From the IMG/VR virus record IMGVR_UViG_3300020045_008102, positions 1 to 53,943 of that record: DNA of 53,943 bases, one strand, 5' to 3'. Below the pieces are notes generated by a model. It saw nothing but the letters and a program-made list of their open reading frames with translations. It was not told the DNA's origin and searched no databases. The stretch is from a virus. Lineage: Duplodnaviria; Caudoviricetes. Positions 28,468-37,506 of the stretch are shown here, in pieces. Position 1 is the first letter of the stretch. Each line of letters starts with the position of its first letter. The position numbers were made by a program, and so were the translations under genes.

Positions 28468-29960
28468 TCAAAATCCTCCTCTTGTTTAGTTGTTTTGACA
28501 ATGTCATACTTTTCTCTATTGATTTGAATAGCTGCTTTGAATGTTGACGGAAAAGTTGCTTGACATTCGCTGAGATCAAGCTTATGTAATGCTCTGCTAG
28601 CAGCTACATAAAGAATATTTGTTTCTTCTTGTGTTGGTACGTTACCTTCTCCAGGAATTTTGAAATCATTTGCTAACTTAACTATTGACCATTCAAGACC
28701 TTTTGACTTGTGTGCAGTAGTTATAGTCACTGAAGCTTCTTCAGCGGATTCTTTAGTGCTTTCTAAAATGTTTAGTAACCTATCTCGGCCATAAGTTTCA
28801 ATGAGCTTAAGGACTGCTTTTAAGTCTCCACCCATTGGCGAATCAGCATACTCTTTAAGGTCTGCAAAACTACTGAATAAGAACAAATCAGGGTGATTGC
28901 TATAATTTTGGATCTTTAATTGTGCTATACTATTTATCAAATAAGTTAATGGTTGAGTTCCACCTAAGATATGAACTGATTTATTTTGGCCAAGAGTTTT
29001 AATAGTTTCTCCGATGACTCCTTTGTTTGTTCTGCAAATAATGCAATTAATATTGCTTAGCGGCGTATAGTAAACTTTTGATTGAATAGCTTCATTCCCG
29101 TGAAATGGTACATATTCAAAATCAGTAGGATAATAGCTTTCAATGATATTGTTTGATAAGTTCGCTATTTCATCACCAAATCGAAATGAACGAGTAATGT
29201 AGAGTTTTGACAGTTTTTCATCTTGGAGAGCATTTACTGCACCACGCCAGCTATAGATTTGTTGAAATTGATCACCTACAAAAATCTTCTGACAAGATTG
29301 TTTCTTGATTATATGTGCAATAACTGGATTACTGTCTTGATACTCGTCAAAGAAGATATAATCCATATTTATTTTAGGATTACTTAATGCCCAGATTTTC
29401 AAGTAAACATCATGTGTTATTGGTAAATCAGACCCTTCTCGTAACATTTCATCAAAGACAAGATTGCTATAATGAATTAAATCTTCTTTCATTATATCAA
29501 TATCATCATCATTTAGAATAGTTAATTGTGGCAAATGCTTCCAGCTCATTACTTTATCTGCTGAATAGCAATACTTGCTAATCGTGTTCAGAATTAAATA
29601 ACCCTTATTGCTTGGGCTGTTATAAAGTTTCCAATCACCAATATCCATTACGTCTGCAAGATGCTTGCCCGTTAGTTTCTTTAATCGTTTGCGATATTTG
29701 AAGCCTACTGCTGCATATGCAAGAGCATGGCCAGTTTTGCATGTAACTGCTGAAGTGAATTTCTTGCCTGCCTCGATTGCAAGTAACTTGTTAAAACTGA
29801 CTGACAGACCTTTTCCTTTCATCTTACGAGCAAGAGCAAGCAAGAGAAATGTTTTTCCTGATCCAGGTGGTGCTTGAATGGCATGGTTAGCACCTTGTGT
29901 GATTGTGTTTATGTGATTCTCTTGTTCGGCAGTTAAGATTTTGCCTTTATATTTCATCAT
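28464..29960 (-). CDS. SF1 (UvrD-like) DNA helicase
   Basis: APPGSGKT, FDEYQD, VGDQFQQIY, SFRF, TAHKSKGLEW, YVAASRA. Confidence 0.93.
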   Translation of the reverse strand: MMKYKGKILTAEQENHINTITQGANHAIQAPPGSGKTFLLLALARKMKGKGLSVSFNKLLAIEAGKKFTSAVTCKTGHALAYAAVGFKYRKRLKKLTGKHLADVMDIGDWKLYNSPSNKGYLILNTISKYCYSADKVMSWKHLPQLTILNDDDIDIMKEDLIHYSNLVFDEMLREGSDLPITHDVYLKIWALSNPKINMDYIFFDEYQDSNPVIAHIIKKQSCQKIFVGDQFQQIYSWRGAVNALQDEKLSKLYITRSFRFGDEIANLSNNIIESYYPTDFEYVPFHGNEAIQSKVYYTPLSNINCIICRTNKGVIGETIKTLGQNKSVHILGGTQPLTYLINSIAQLKIQNYSNHPDLFLFSSFADLKEYADSPMGGDLKAVLKLIETYGRDRLLNILESTKESAEEASVTITTAHKSKGLEWSIVKLANDFKIPGEGNVPTQEETNILYVAASRALHKLDLSECQATFPSTFKAAIQINREKYDIVKTTKQEEDFE

Positions 29961-30238
29961 TAGCTAACCTCACCTTTTGATATCTCCTTCTGATATTCTT
30001 CTTCAGTATAAATAGCATAGAAAGTAATTCCTTTGTAAGTGCAGGATTTTTCCCATGGATAGTTAGAATTAAGTCTTTTAGTCCAAGTAGCATCAACTCC
30101 TGAAAGAGTTAAATCATTTAAATGCATTGACATGCCACCACCTGGGACAATTGTACAACTAATAACTCCAGTAATTTCTAAATCTTCAATTGTGTCTGCC
30201 ATCAAGTGAAGGCATCTAATTAGTTCTTTTGATTCCAT
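29960..30238 (-). CDS. Hypothetical protein
   Basis: AAGGA RBS, coupled to the helicase gene. Confidence 0.65.
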   Translation of the reverse strand: MESKELIRCLHLMADTIEDLEITGVISCTIVPGGGMSMHLNDLTLSGVDATWTKRLNSNYPWEKSCTYKGITFYAIYTEEEYQKEISKGEVS

Positions 30239-30251
30239 GATTTTGTTTCCT

Positions 30252-30494
30252 TTATTTAACTATTTTCCAAAGTTGCTTAATTGTATCTGTTGATTCCTGA
30301 CTTGCAGGACTTTCAGGATTTTCATTCAAAATGCAGCACATGAGGATAGCTGCCCGCATGATGCTGGAGTTTGAAGTGAGTTTAGCTGCTGGTACTCCTT
30401 TTGCTATTAATCCATCACGAGCTTTGGAAAATTCACCTAAAGTAACGCGAGTTGATATAGTTCGTGCTTTAATATTTTTTGGATTAGTTTCCAT
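30252..30494 (-). CDS. Putative ribbon-helix-helix-like protein (paralog family)
   Basis: TISTRVT..EFSKA beta-alpha-alpha pattern. Confidence 0.55.
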   Translation of the reverse strand: METNPKNIKARTISTRVTLGEFSKARDGLIAKGVPAAKLTSNSSIMRAAILMCCILNENPESPASQESTDTIKQLWKIVK

Positions 30495-30583
30495 ATTAAT
30501 TTCCTTTTATTAATAAATTTTTTAATTATGTACTAATATAGGTATAAGGTATTAGTTTCATAATATTTCTTATATAAAATTCT

Positions 30584-30793
30584 TTAAAATTTAAACTTTT
30601 TCTCATTTATATGAATACCTTCAACCCTTATAATAGTTGAAAACTCTGTATCTTCTATAATCCAAGAAACGTTAAATTCATAAAGGTTAACCACTATAGC
30701 AACGAATATAACTTTTATAGAAGTTGATGAAGGTATAAGAAGTTGATTACGAACCATAGCTCTAATTGCAGAATTTTTCATAATATTCCTCAA
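30584..30793 (-). CDS. Hypothetical protein
   Basis: ORF in an AT-rich early region. Confidence 0.45.
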   Translation of the reverse strand: MRNIMKNSAIRAMVRNQLLIPSSTSIKVIFVAIVVNLYEFNVSWIIEDTEFSTIIRVEGIHINEKKFKF

Positions 30794-30874
30794 ATAAAAG
30801 ATGATACTGATTTACTTACTAATGGTAAAATTCTTTAATAATCCTAAGATATACTTTTCTATACTTTATATCAA

Positions 30875-31132
30875 TTATCTCTTTACACCATAAATTTTTC
30901 CATCAATGATGTTAATTTCAGAATAATAACCGGATCTAAGTCTAATCCATTTATATTCTTTAATGTCCTTCCACTGATAAATAAGAAACTTACGGTCGAT
31001 ACGCATAGTTAATGGATTAAATACAATCCTATATTTAACCTTATTTAAAGTGATTGTAAGAGTTTTATAATCCTCTTGCTTAAATCCATTTTTAATGAAA
31101 AAATTAAAAAGACTAAAAAATTTTTCTTTCAT
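30875..31132 (-). CDS. Hypothetical protein
   Basis: GGAG RBS. Confidence 0.55.
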   Translation of the reverse strand: MKEKFFSLFNFFIKNGFKQEDYKTLTITLNKVKYRIVFNPLTMRIDRKFLIYQWKDIKEYKWIRLRSGYYSEINIIDGKIYGVKR

Positions 31133-31134
31133 TT

Positions 31135-31332
31135 TTAAGCTCCATGCACAGGTAAGTGTAAGTCAACTCTTTTTCTGCGCGCTACATGATGTGCTGGTTT
31201 GCCATTTGCAATACGATGGCATTTATAACACAAATTGGCTAAAGGTCTTTTATTGATTAAGTTTTGTTTAAGTGACTTACCACAACGAAGGCATTTGTGT
31301 GTTGATAATACTGTGTGAGAGATCTTTTTCAT
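31135..31332 (-). CDS. Small Zn-finger protein
   Basis: CLRCG...LCYKC; AAGGAG RBS. Confidence 0.65.
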   Translation of the reverse strand: MKKISHTVLSTHKCLRCGKSLKQNLINKRPLANLCYKCHRIANGKPAHHVARRKRVDLHLPVHGA

Positions 31333-31379
31333 TGTTAAGCTCCTTATAATTTATTTGGTGATAAAATAATTTATTTAGT

Positions 31380-31688
31380 TTATAGACTTTTAAGCCATTC
31401 TTTATCAAAATCAGTAAAAGCCTTTGCTGGTGAATCTCCATAGCCAGCCACACCAGATTGTAGATCTTCACCATAAAGAGCTACCCACTGATTTCCATCA
31501 ATATATAAAACTGGCTTGTATATTGTCGATGGACGTTGCATCTCATATGCTATAGAAAGAAATTCTTGCTTAACTTGTTCAACTTGCCACGATATATCAA
31601 ACTGCTTTGAAATTGAATCAACTAAGTCTGAACTATCAAAATTTCCTATCCTGCTTCTTACTGCATCATAAATTGCTTGATAAGACAT
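31380..31688 (-). CDS. Hypothetical protein (HicB-like C-terminal pattern)
   Basis: DGNQWVALYG.DLQ.GVAG.GDSP..A..DF; AGGAG RBS. Confidence 0.65.
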   Translation of the reverse strand: MSYQAIYDAVRSRIGNFDSSDLVDSISKQFDISWQVEQVKQEFLSIAYEMQRPSTIYKPVLYIDGNQWVALYGEDLQSGVAGYGDSPAKAFTDFDKEWLKSL

Positions 31689-31980
31689 TTTTAATTTCTC
31701 CTAAATCTTCTGTAGATACTTTTTTAATGTTCATCAAATCATCAATAGTTAGTTTAGCCTCTGCTGATTTATCCGCGAAAGTAAGGATTTCTTCTAAAGT
31801 ATTTTGTAACACTTCATCTGTTTGAAAAACATCGTACTTATTCAAACATTTGATGCAAAATGTTTTTACAAGATCATTGATACTGATAAGTTTATAAGTT
31901 GAGTCAAATTTTCTTACTATTTGTAGAGCAAAAGCCAGTTTCTGTGGTGTAAGTCTGAATGTGATTTTTATGTTTTTCAT
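31666..31980 (-). CDS. Putative ribbon-helix-helix-like protein (paralog family)
   Basis: ITFRLT...LAFALQI, similar to 34772..35392. Confidence 0.55.
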   Translation of the reverse strand: MKNIKITFRLTPQKLAFALQIVRKFDSTYKLISINDLVKTFCIKCLNKYDVFQTDEVLQNTLEEILTFADKSAEAKLTIDDLMNIKKVSTEDLGEIKNVLSSNL

Positions 31981-32000
31981 TTGATTGTCTCTGACTGGTT

Positions 32001-32014
32001 GTTCATAAGTGAAC
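32001..32014. promoter_or_regulatory. GTTCA-N4-TGAAC palindrome, copy 4
   Basis: GTTCAtaagTGAAC. Confidence 0.65.
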
Positions 32015-32021
32015 GGGGAGT

Positions 32022-32585
32022 TTAGCTATTTTGACTTGCTTGTGCTTTTATATTAGCTAAAACTGTTGCCTGTTGTTCAGGTGTTAGATTTGCAAGGATT
32101 TTCATTATTAAAGATTTGTCTGATGATTTTTTGGTTGAAGGTTTCTTGGTGGACTGCTTTTTAGTTAAAGTTTTGGCCGCTAATGCTATTGCTTGATTTT
32201 GTGCATAAGTTATTGTAAATTCCTGCCTATCAAGTGCTGAATATTCATCAAGTGCTGATTGGTAAGTAACTTTTAACTTATCAAGGGTTGCTTTGAGTTT
32301 GTTTAATTGTGGATATTTTTCTGCTTTGATTGCTTGGCTTTGTTGCTTGATGCAATTTAAGCAAGTAGTTTGATAATCAAATTCAGGCAAAACCGGCAGT
32401 TTTTCAAAAATACTGACTACTTGATTTTGATTATATTCTTTGTTGCAAGTTTGACAAATTTGAATGTTTATAGGAATAGCAAGAGATTGTTTTGTTTCTG
32501 GTTTCTTGAATGGTCTTTCTATTCTTGTGTTTATTATTTCATTCCCTGATGGCATGTTTAAGCGTTCTTTAGGTTGCTGTTTCAT
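32022..32585 (-). CDS. Zn-finger plus coiled-coil hypothetical protein
   Basis: CQTC...CLNC, K-rich linker, LANLTPEQ C-terminal motif. Confidence 0.7.
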   Translation of the reverse strand: MKQQPKERLNMPSGNEIINTRIERPFKKPETKQSLAIPINIQICQTCNKEYNQNQVVSIFEKLPVLPEFDYQTTCLNCIKQQSQAIKAEKYPQLNKLKATLDKLKVTYQSALDEYSALDRQEFTITYAQNQAIALAAKTLTKKQSTKKPSTKKSSDKSLIMKILANLTPEQQATVLANIKAQASQNS

Positions 32586-32628
32586 GTTAAGCTCCTGTTG
32601 AGGCTGTTATTTGATTAATTAACAAAGC

Positions 32629-32658
32629 AAGAGAATCAGTTTATTGATTGATTCTCTT
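32629..32658 (-). terminator. Intergenic stem-loop / weak terminator
   Basis: AAGAGAATCAGT...ATTGATTCTCTT inverted repeat. Confidence 0.55.
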
Positions 32659-32668
32659 AGTTTGGTAA

Positions 32669-32863
32669 TTATCTTTTTACCCATTCAGAAGTATCTAATC
32701 TTTTCATTTTACCTTTGGATGAATCAGAAGTACCATTCCAATATATAATATCTAATCTACCACATTTAATACACTTCATTTTAACATTTTCCTTATGCTG
32801 AATGAGATGAAATTTTGTTCCTTTACAGGTTTCACAATAAACTAATCCGCTATTATCTATCAT
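32669..32863 (-). CDS. Small Zn-ribbon protein
   Basis: CETC...CIKCG. Confidence 0.6.
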   Translation of the reverse strand: MIDNSGLVYCETCKGTKFHLIQHKENVKMKCIKCGRLDIIYWNGTSDSSKGKMKRLDTSEWVKR

Positions 32864-32874
32864 ATTTTAGCCCA

Positions 32875-33063
32875 TTAAAGAAGTTCATCAAGGTAATCTG
32901 GTTCAAGGCCGAAGTATTCTTCACAAATATTGTATGCTGAATCTTGATCGTCATCTGCAAGATATTCTTGTAAGGCTTCACGAGCTTGATTTATAAGGTT
33001 ATCTGCACCTTCTTCGGTCAGTCCATCGCGAAGCATGATTATTTCTTTAATTGTCTTTTGCAT
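32875..33063 (-). CDS. Small acidic hypothetical protein
   Basis: M.RDGLT.E.A...FGLEPDY; AAGGA RBS. Confidence 0.7.
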   Translation of the reverse strand: MQKTIKEIIMLRDGLTEEGADNLINQAREALQEYLADDDQDSAYNICEEYFGLEPDYLDELL

Positions 33064-33348
33064 GGTTTGTTCCTTTATAAAGATGTAATTATTCCAGCAA
33101 TGATGTAAAGTGCTGGAATGATGATGAAGATTACGATTCCTGAATAAAGATGTTGGTTAGTTGATTTCATTACTGTTTCCTTAGACATTGATTAAGAATT
33201 TAATGAATTTATATATAAGATAAATAATGAAGACTAACAATGAAATATCTATTATAAATGAAATTAGTTTTAATATGTAATTGCCTATTTTTGAATAATT
33301 AAATAATTGACCTTTCATGCTTCTCTCCGAGGTCTGTCTAAGTATTGA

Positions 33349-33555
33349 TCATGAATTGGCGCGATTGGTATGATTAGCTTTATTGGTTGGTTTGATTGGT
33401 ATTGGTTGAGGCCCAAATACTGAGCTGATAGTTAAGAAGTCTCGTTTTTCGCTGCATGTTGAGCAGCAATTGATTAGGTTCAGGTTTTGATCTTTGTTTC
33501 GAGTATCTCGATAGGTGTGATTTGTTGATTGTTGGCAAAATTGACAAGCTGGCAT
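33349..33555 (-). CDS. Small Zn-binding protein
   Basis: CQFC...CCSTC; AAGGAG RBS. Confidence 0.6.
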   Translation of the reverse strand: MPACQFCQQSTNHTYRDTRNKDQNLNLINCCSTCSEKRDFLTISSVFGPQPIPIKPTNKANHTNRANS

Positions 33556-33559
33556 AAAT

Positions 33560-33769
33560 TTAACTCCTTGGTTCTATGGTGAAAGTTATTAAATCTGGAT
33601 CTTCGCTTAATGTTTTTTTGATGATAGTACAAAGATCTGAAATGGCTTCCGTCTCATTATATGCTTTAATACTAATGATCTCTGAATATTGTCTACTGCC
33701 TCGGCAATATGTAGGTGAATTATTAGTATAAGTAACTTTGAATTTGAAGGTTTTAGTTAGTAGATTCAT
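33560..33769 (-). CDS. Hypothetical protein
   Basis: ORF in the early gene run. Confidence 0.55.
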   Translation of the reverse strand: MNLLTKTFKFKVTYTNNSPTYCRGSRQYSEIISIKAYNETEAISDLCTIIKKTLSEDPDLITFTIEPRS

Positions 33770-33777
33770 AATGAGTT

Positions 33778-34077
33778 TTATTCTTGTGGTGGTTCTATTT
33801 TAAGCCATTCATAACCTTCAATAGGAATATCACCTTCTTTAAGATAGATTATGGATGGTGACATTTTAATTGTTTTATGACGGAACCAATAATATCCAGG
33901 TTTATCAGGCATTGGAAGCCATTTATTTAATTGTGTTAGAATCTTTTTAGCTAAGATAGGATTATTTTCTATTTTACTACTAAGTTCCCAACAACTATTG
34001 CAGAGTTTAGTACTTAACATTGGAGTAGGTTTCTCACATAAGGTGCATAAAGTAATTTCTTCCATAATATTTCTCAT
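33778..34077 (-). CDS. Zn-finger hypothetical protein
   Basis: CTLC...LCNSCW; P.KPGYYW motif. Confidence 0.6.
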   Translation of the reverse strand: MRNIMEEITLCTLCEKPTPMLSTKLCNSCWELSSKIENNPILAKKILTQLNKWLPMPDKPGYYWFRHKTIKMSPSIIYLKEGDIPIEGYEWLKIEPPQE

Positions 34078-34081
34078 AATT

Positions 34082-34282
34082 TTAAATACTTGCTCGGTTG
34101 ATGATTTGTCTGATTGAATGATTTGGATGGAATTGAATAAGTGCTTTGAGACGCAAATTCCAGTCTGCTTCAGCGTTATTCCATTCGACCATTTTGAGTC
34201 GGTGTGAAAATTCTTGATAATCTTTGGCTACTTCTGTTTTTCGTTTTTTTGCTTTGAGTTCTTTGAGTTCTTTGATTGTCAT
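34082..34282 (-). CDS. Hypothetical basic protein
   Basis: Early gene downstream of the 34558-34586 promoter. Confidence 0.55.
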   Translation of the reverse strand: MTIKELKELKAKKRKTEVAKDYQEFSHRLKMVEWNNAEADWNLRLKALIQFHPNHSIRQIINRASI

Positions 34283-34557
34283 GATTTGGTCTCTGTTTAG
34301 TTTGATTTAATTTATTTAATTGAGTGATCTAAGTATAAAATCAGCTAATCTAATACTTATACAAGGAATACAAAGAATGAAGTCATTTTGATAATCTTGA
34401 TGATTATTAATAACTGCCTCTCCTTCATCCCATCTATAATCTATCCAATTTTTCATTTTTGATTACCTCTTTTGGTAGTCTGTTGAGTTATTGTTTCGGG
34501 TTGCCCTTTATATAGTGGGCGGTTTGTGGTGGAACGTGTAAAAAATGATCTTATAGA

Positions 34558-34586
34558 ACCGTACCACGAAAAAAAGGACTTGTCAA
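34558..34586 (-). promoter_or_regulatory. Sigma70-type promoter with TACGGT -10
   Basis: TTGACA-17-TACGGT with TG extension. Confidence 0.7.
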
Positions 34587-34771
34587 CATTTTGGAGACAA
34601 AAAATGGCTTTTGGTGTGTTTTTCTGTTTGGCCGTAAATTGACCGTGACGGGCTTTTCGTGGTTTTTGGTGGGGGGTTGTACGGGAAAAACGTGGCCGTG
34701 GCGTGGCGGCCCGTTTTTGGCTGTTTTTAGCCTATCGCGCCGCCCCCGTCACGTTCCCACGTTGCCTATAC

Positions 34772-35392
34772 TTATTGTTTGTTTTTCCATTCTTCAGGTG
34801 GACTAAAATCAGTTACGGATGAAATAACTGAATCAGTTATGTTAGGATCATGGAATTCTGATGGTTTAATTCTGGCTCTATTTTCTGCCTGAGAAGCCAG
34901 TTTTATTTGTTCAGCTATTTGCTGATCTTTGAGAGTTTTTTGCTGCTCACTTTGTTTTTGTTCTTCTTGCTGTTTTTGCTGGGCAAGTTTTGCCAAGGAT
35001 TCTTGACGCATTTCGTTGAATATTCTATCTTCTTCGAGTTCTCGCTGTATTTTCTCGGCTTGTTTTTGTATTTGTTCTCTTGTTTGGATTGGTTGTTGTG
35101 GCTGTACTTGTTGAGAGCGTGTTTTAGCTTGTTCCATAATTGTTTGGATGGTTGTATATGGATTTATTTGTTCTGTAGGTATTTTTTCAATTGATTTGAT
35201 TGCTTCTATGTCTGCTTGTGATGTGCTTAATGGTGCATTGATTGAATGTTTTGCTATCCAATCAATTATTATCATTTTCGCTGCTTGACTGAGTGATGGT
35301 ATTGGTTGGTTAGGTTCAAGAGTCACAAGGATTCTTAATGCTTTTGCTAAGTGGTAATGATTTAATCTGAATGACATGTGAGGGCTTGACAT
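34772..35392 (-). CDS. Putative ribbon-helix-helix-like protein with Q-rich coiled coil
   Basis: Start MSSPHMSFRL at 35392 with AAGGAG RBS (206 aa). Confidence 0.7.
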   Translation of the reverse strand: MSSPHMSFRLNHYHLAKALRILVTLEPNQPIPSLSQAAKMIIIDWIAKHSINAPLSTSQADIEAIKSIEKIPTEQINPYTTIQTIMEQAKTRSQQVQPQQPIQTREQIQKQAEKIQRELEEDRIFNEMRQESLAKLAQQKQQEEQKQSEQQKTLKDQQIAEQIKLASQAENRARIKPSEFHDPNITDSVISSVTDFSPPEEWKNKQ

Positions 35393-36056
35393 GGTTGGTC
35401 TCCTTGGTTGAGTTATAGTAATTAACGATTTGCCAGTTGCCGGTTGATCGGCTTGTCTAAGTAGAGGTTGTTTGGTTGTGTGGTCTATTGGTGTTATTTT
35501 AACACGGTTGGCGTCGTTTGTCCACTGTTTTGTCGGTGTTCGTGGTTGTTTGTGTCCAGCCGTGGCCATGGTGATGTGTTTGGTGCCTGTTGTTGCCATG
35601 TGGTACCTGTTTTTAGTGTTCAGTCGTGTCCGGTTGGTGTTGGTTGTTGCTAAGTGGTGACAGTTTAGTTAGCTAAGTGGTTGATATTGTGTGAGATTTT
35701 CGGTGGTGTGTACGGTTGTATATATTGTGACGGCATGCGTACACCACCCACCCCCTACAGATATGAGGCTTATAGGGTTGGTTGTTAAAAAAAAATTTAA
35801 TAATAATTCCTACTACCAACACCCTTTTACGAGATGGGGGGGTGGTGTACGGCTGACCACTTTTCACACACAATAGTGACCACATATATTTAAATTGTTG
35901 AAATCATTGCAATTTATTTTGTGTACATAGTTATTTTGTCACTGTTTGTGGATGTTTTGTCCCCGTTTGGGTACGTTTGTACACGCTTATTTTGTGTTCG
36001 GTTGGAGCCACATGTGGTTATTTTGTCACCGTCTGGCACCATTATAACTCTGTTCT

Positions 36057-36070
36057 GTTCATCAATGAAC
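36057..36070. promoter_or_regulatory. GTTCA-N4-TGAAC palindrome, copy 5
   Basis: GTTCAtcaaTGAAC. Confidence 0.6.
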
Positions 36071-36333
36071 AATCTCGTTAGTCACTCAAACGAGACAACA
36101 ATGCCGGAAACATTCACAAGGAACGAATCCGGCAAAGTGGAAGGCAAGTTTTAGCTTGGTTATTCAAAAGATAAATCTATCTCTTGAAATTGCTTATACC
36201 ATGCTTCAACGAACCAAGTCGGCAAGTAAGCAGGGTTTTTTCTGTTCATAAATTGAATGAATCTTTTTGAGTAGCGCATGATTGACCCTTAATATTAACT
36301 CGCATCTGCGAGAATGGTAGACTTGTTTCAGAT

Positions 36334-36807
36334 TTATTCAGATATTGCTTCCATAATTGCATCTGCGCCATCTTGACCGTAAACAGGGACAAGACTTGCA
36401 AGAATCATCTCTTCATCAATTCCTGCACTAACCATTGCTCTTGCCATGTTAATACCTGCTTCCAGTTTTGCTGCAAGGATGGCTTTTCCTCCTCCTTGGT
36501 TTGGCCTGTCAACAATTTTCCAGACCATTTCGTCGATGTTAGCAAGTCCGAGCTTTTCAGACCATACCTCATCTTTCTTGCAACTTTTGAAAGCTGCCCG
36601 GACTTCAATGATGGCTTTCTGAAGTCCTTTCTGGATGAGCGGATAAGTAAAATCATGTTCATCTGCCCATGCAAGCAACTCTTCTTTTGATTCAAACTGT
36701 CTGTCGTTTGGAAACAACCCTTCGGGCAAATTATGCCTATAATCTTTTCCGTCAACAGGTGTGACAACGCTCTGATTCTCTAATTGTGTGTAGATTGATT
36801 CAGCCAT
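36334..36807 (-). CDS. First early protein, unknown function
   Basis: AAGGAG RBS, directly downstream of three tandem promoters. Confidence 0.8.
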   Translation of the reverse strand: MAESIYTQLENQSVVTPVDGKDYRHNLPEGLFPNDRQFESKEELLAWADEHDFTYPLIQKGLQKAIIEVRAAFKSCKKDEVWSEKLGLANIDEMVWKIVDRPNQGGGKAILAAKLEAGINMARAMVSAGIDEEMILASLVPVYGQDGADAIMEAISE

Positions 36808-36885
36808 GATAATTCTCCTTTGAAAAATGTTGTGGATTATTCCACATTTTCAGGGTCAAGAACTATTCTTCCCCTAATATCTTAA

Positions 36886-36914
36886 ACTCTATAACAATTT
36901 TAAATCTATGTCAA
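36886..36914 (-). promoter_or_regulatory. Early sigma70 promoter P3
   Basis: TTGACA-17-TAGAGT. Confidence 0.7.
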
Positions 36915-36985
36915 GGAAATAATTTCTACAGTTGCAACTAATCAAAGTTTGTTATCTGTAAAACTATTTCTTTCTTGATAATTCT

Positions 36986-37014
36986 AATATATTCCACATT
37001 TATTTTTATGTCAA
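36986..37014 (-). promoter_or_regulatory. Early sigma70 promoter P2
   Basis: TTGACA-17-TATATT, AT-rich upstream. Confidence 0.8.
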
Positions 37015-37053
37015 GTTTTATTTTGAAATAGTTTGTTCGTCCTTATAATTGTT

Positions 37054-37082
37054 AATATATGGCACAGTTTTGTTTGTGTCAA
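37054..37082 (-). promoter_or_regulatory. Early sigma70 promoter P1
   Basis: TTGACA-17-TATATT, AT-rich upstream. Confidence 0.8.
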
Positions 37083-37506
37083 GTTTATTTGTAAGATAGT
37101 TTGTGATAGATTAACTTATGATAATGATTCTTTAATGATGATGATTCTTATTGTTACTTGATAATGAAAGTTATTATTGAATGAGATTGTTTCTCAAGTG
37201 ATAATGTTTCTTAGTTGATTACAGTTCTTATGTGGGAACAATTCTTGTAAGTGACTAACTGCTACAGACCCAATGCCTCGATCCACCTGTGACAGATAAG
37301 TCTTTCTATATACATTTGTGGAGAGCCAAAGTTTGCAAATGACGTTATTAGGGAACAATTCACCAAATTCGGCAATCCGATCAGCCAATTTACAAATCTT
37401 AGTCAAAATTAATTCAAGTAAACGCTTCAAAAATAATCCCAGTCACCAGTAGTAATGCCGGCATTAGTTGCCATTACGGAATCTTTGCCACATTCAACAT
37501 TTTTCC

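Noticed and set aside
35393-35599. N-terminal 69 aa of ORF 34772..35599, and ORFs 35468, 35472, 35673, 35691, 35921
   Set aside because: Products of low-complexity skewed DNA; the RBS supports the start at 35392
36824-36850. DnaA boxes (TGTGGATTA / TATTCCACA)
   Set aside because: Only 1-2-mismatch matches, and better explained as a leader hairpin
37194-37430. 78-aa minus-strand ORF in the divergence region
   Set aside because: TTG start, no RBS, lies upstream of the early promoters; unsupported
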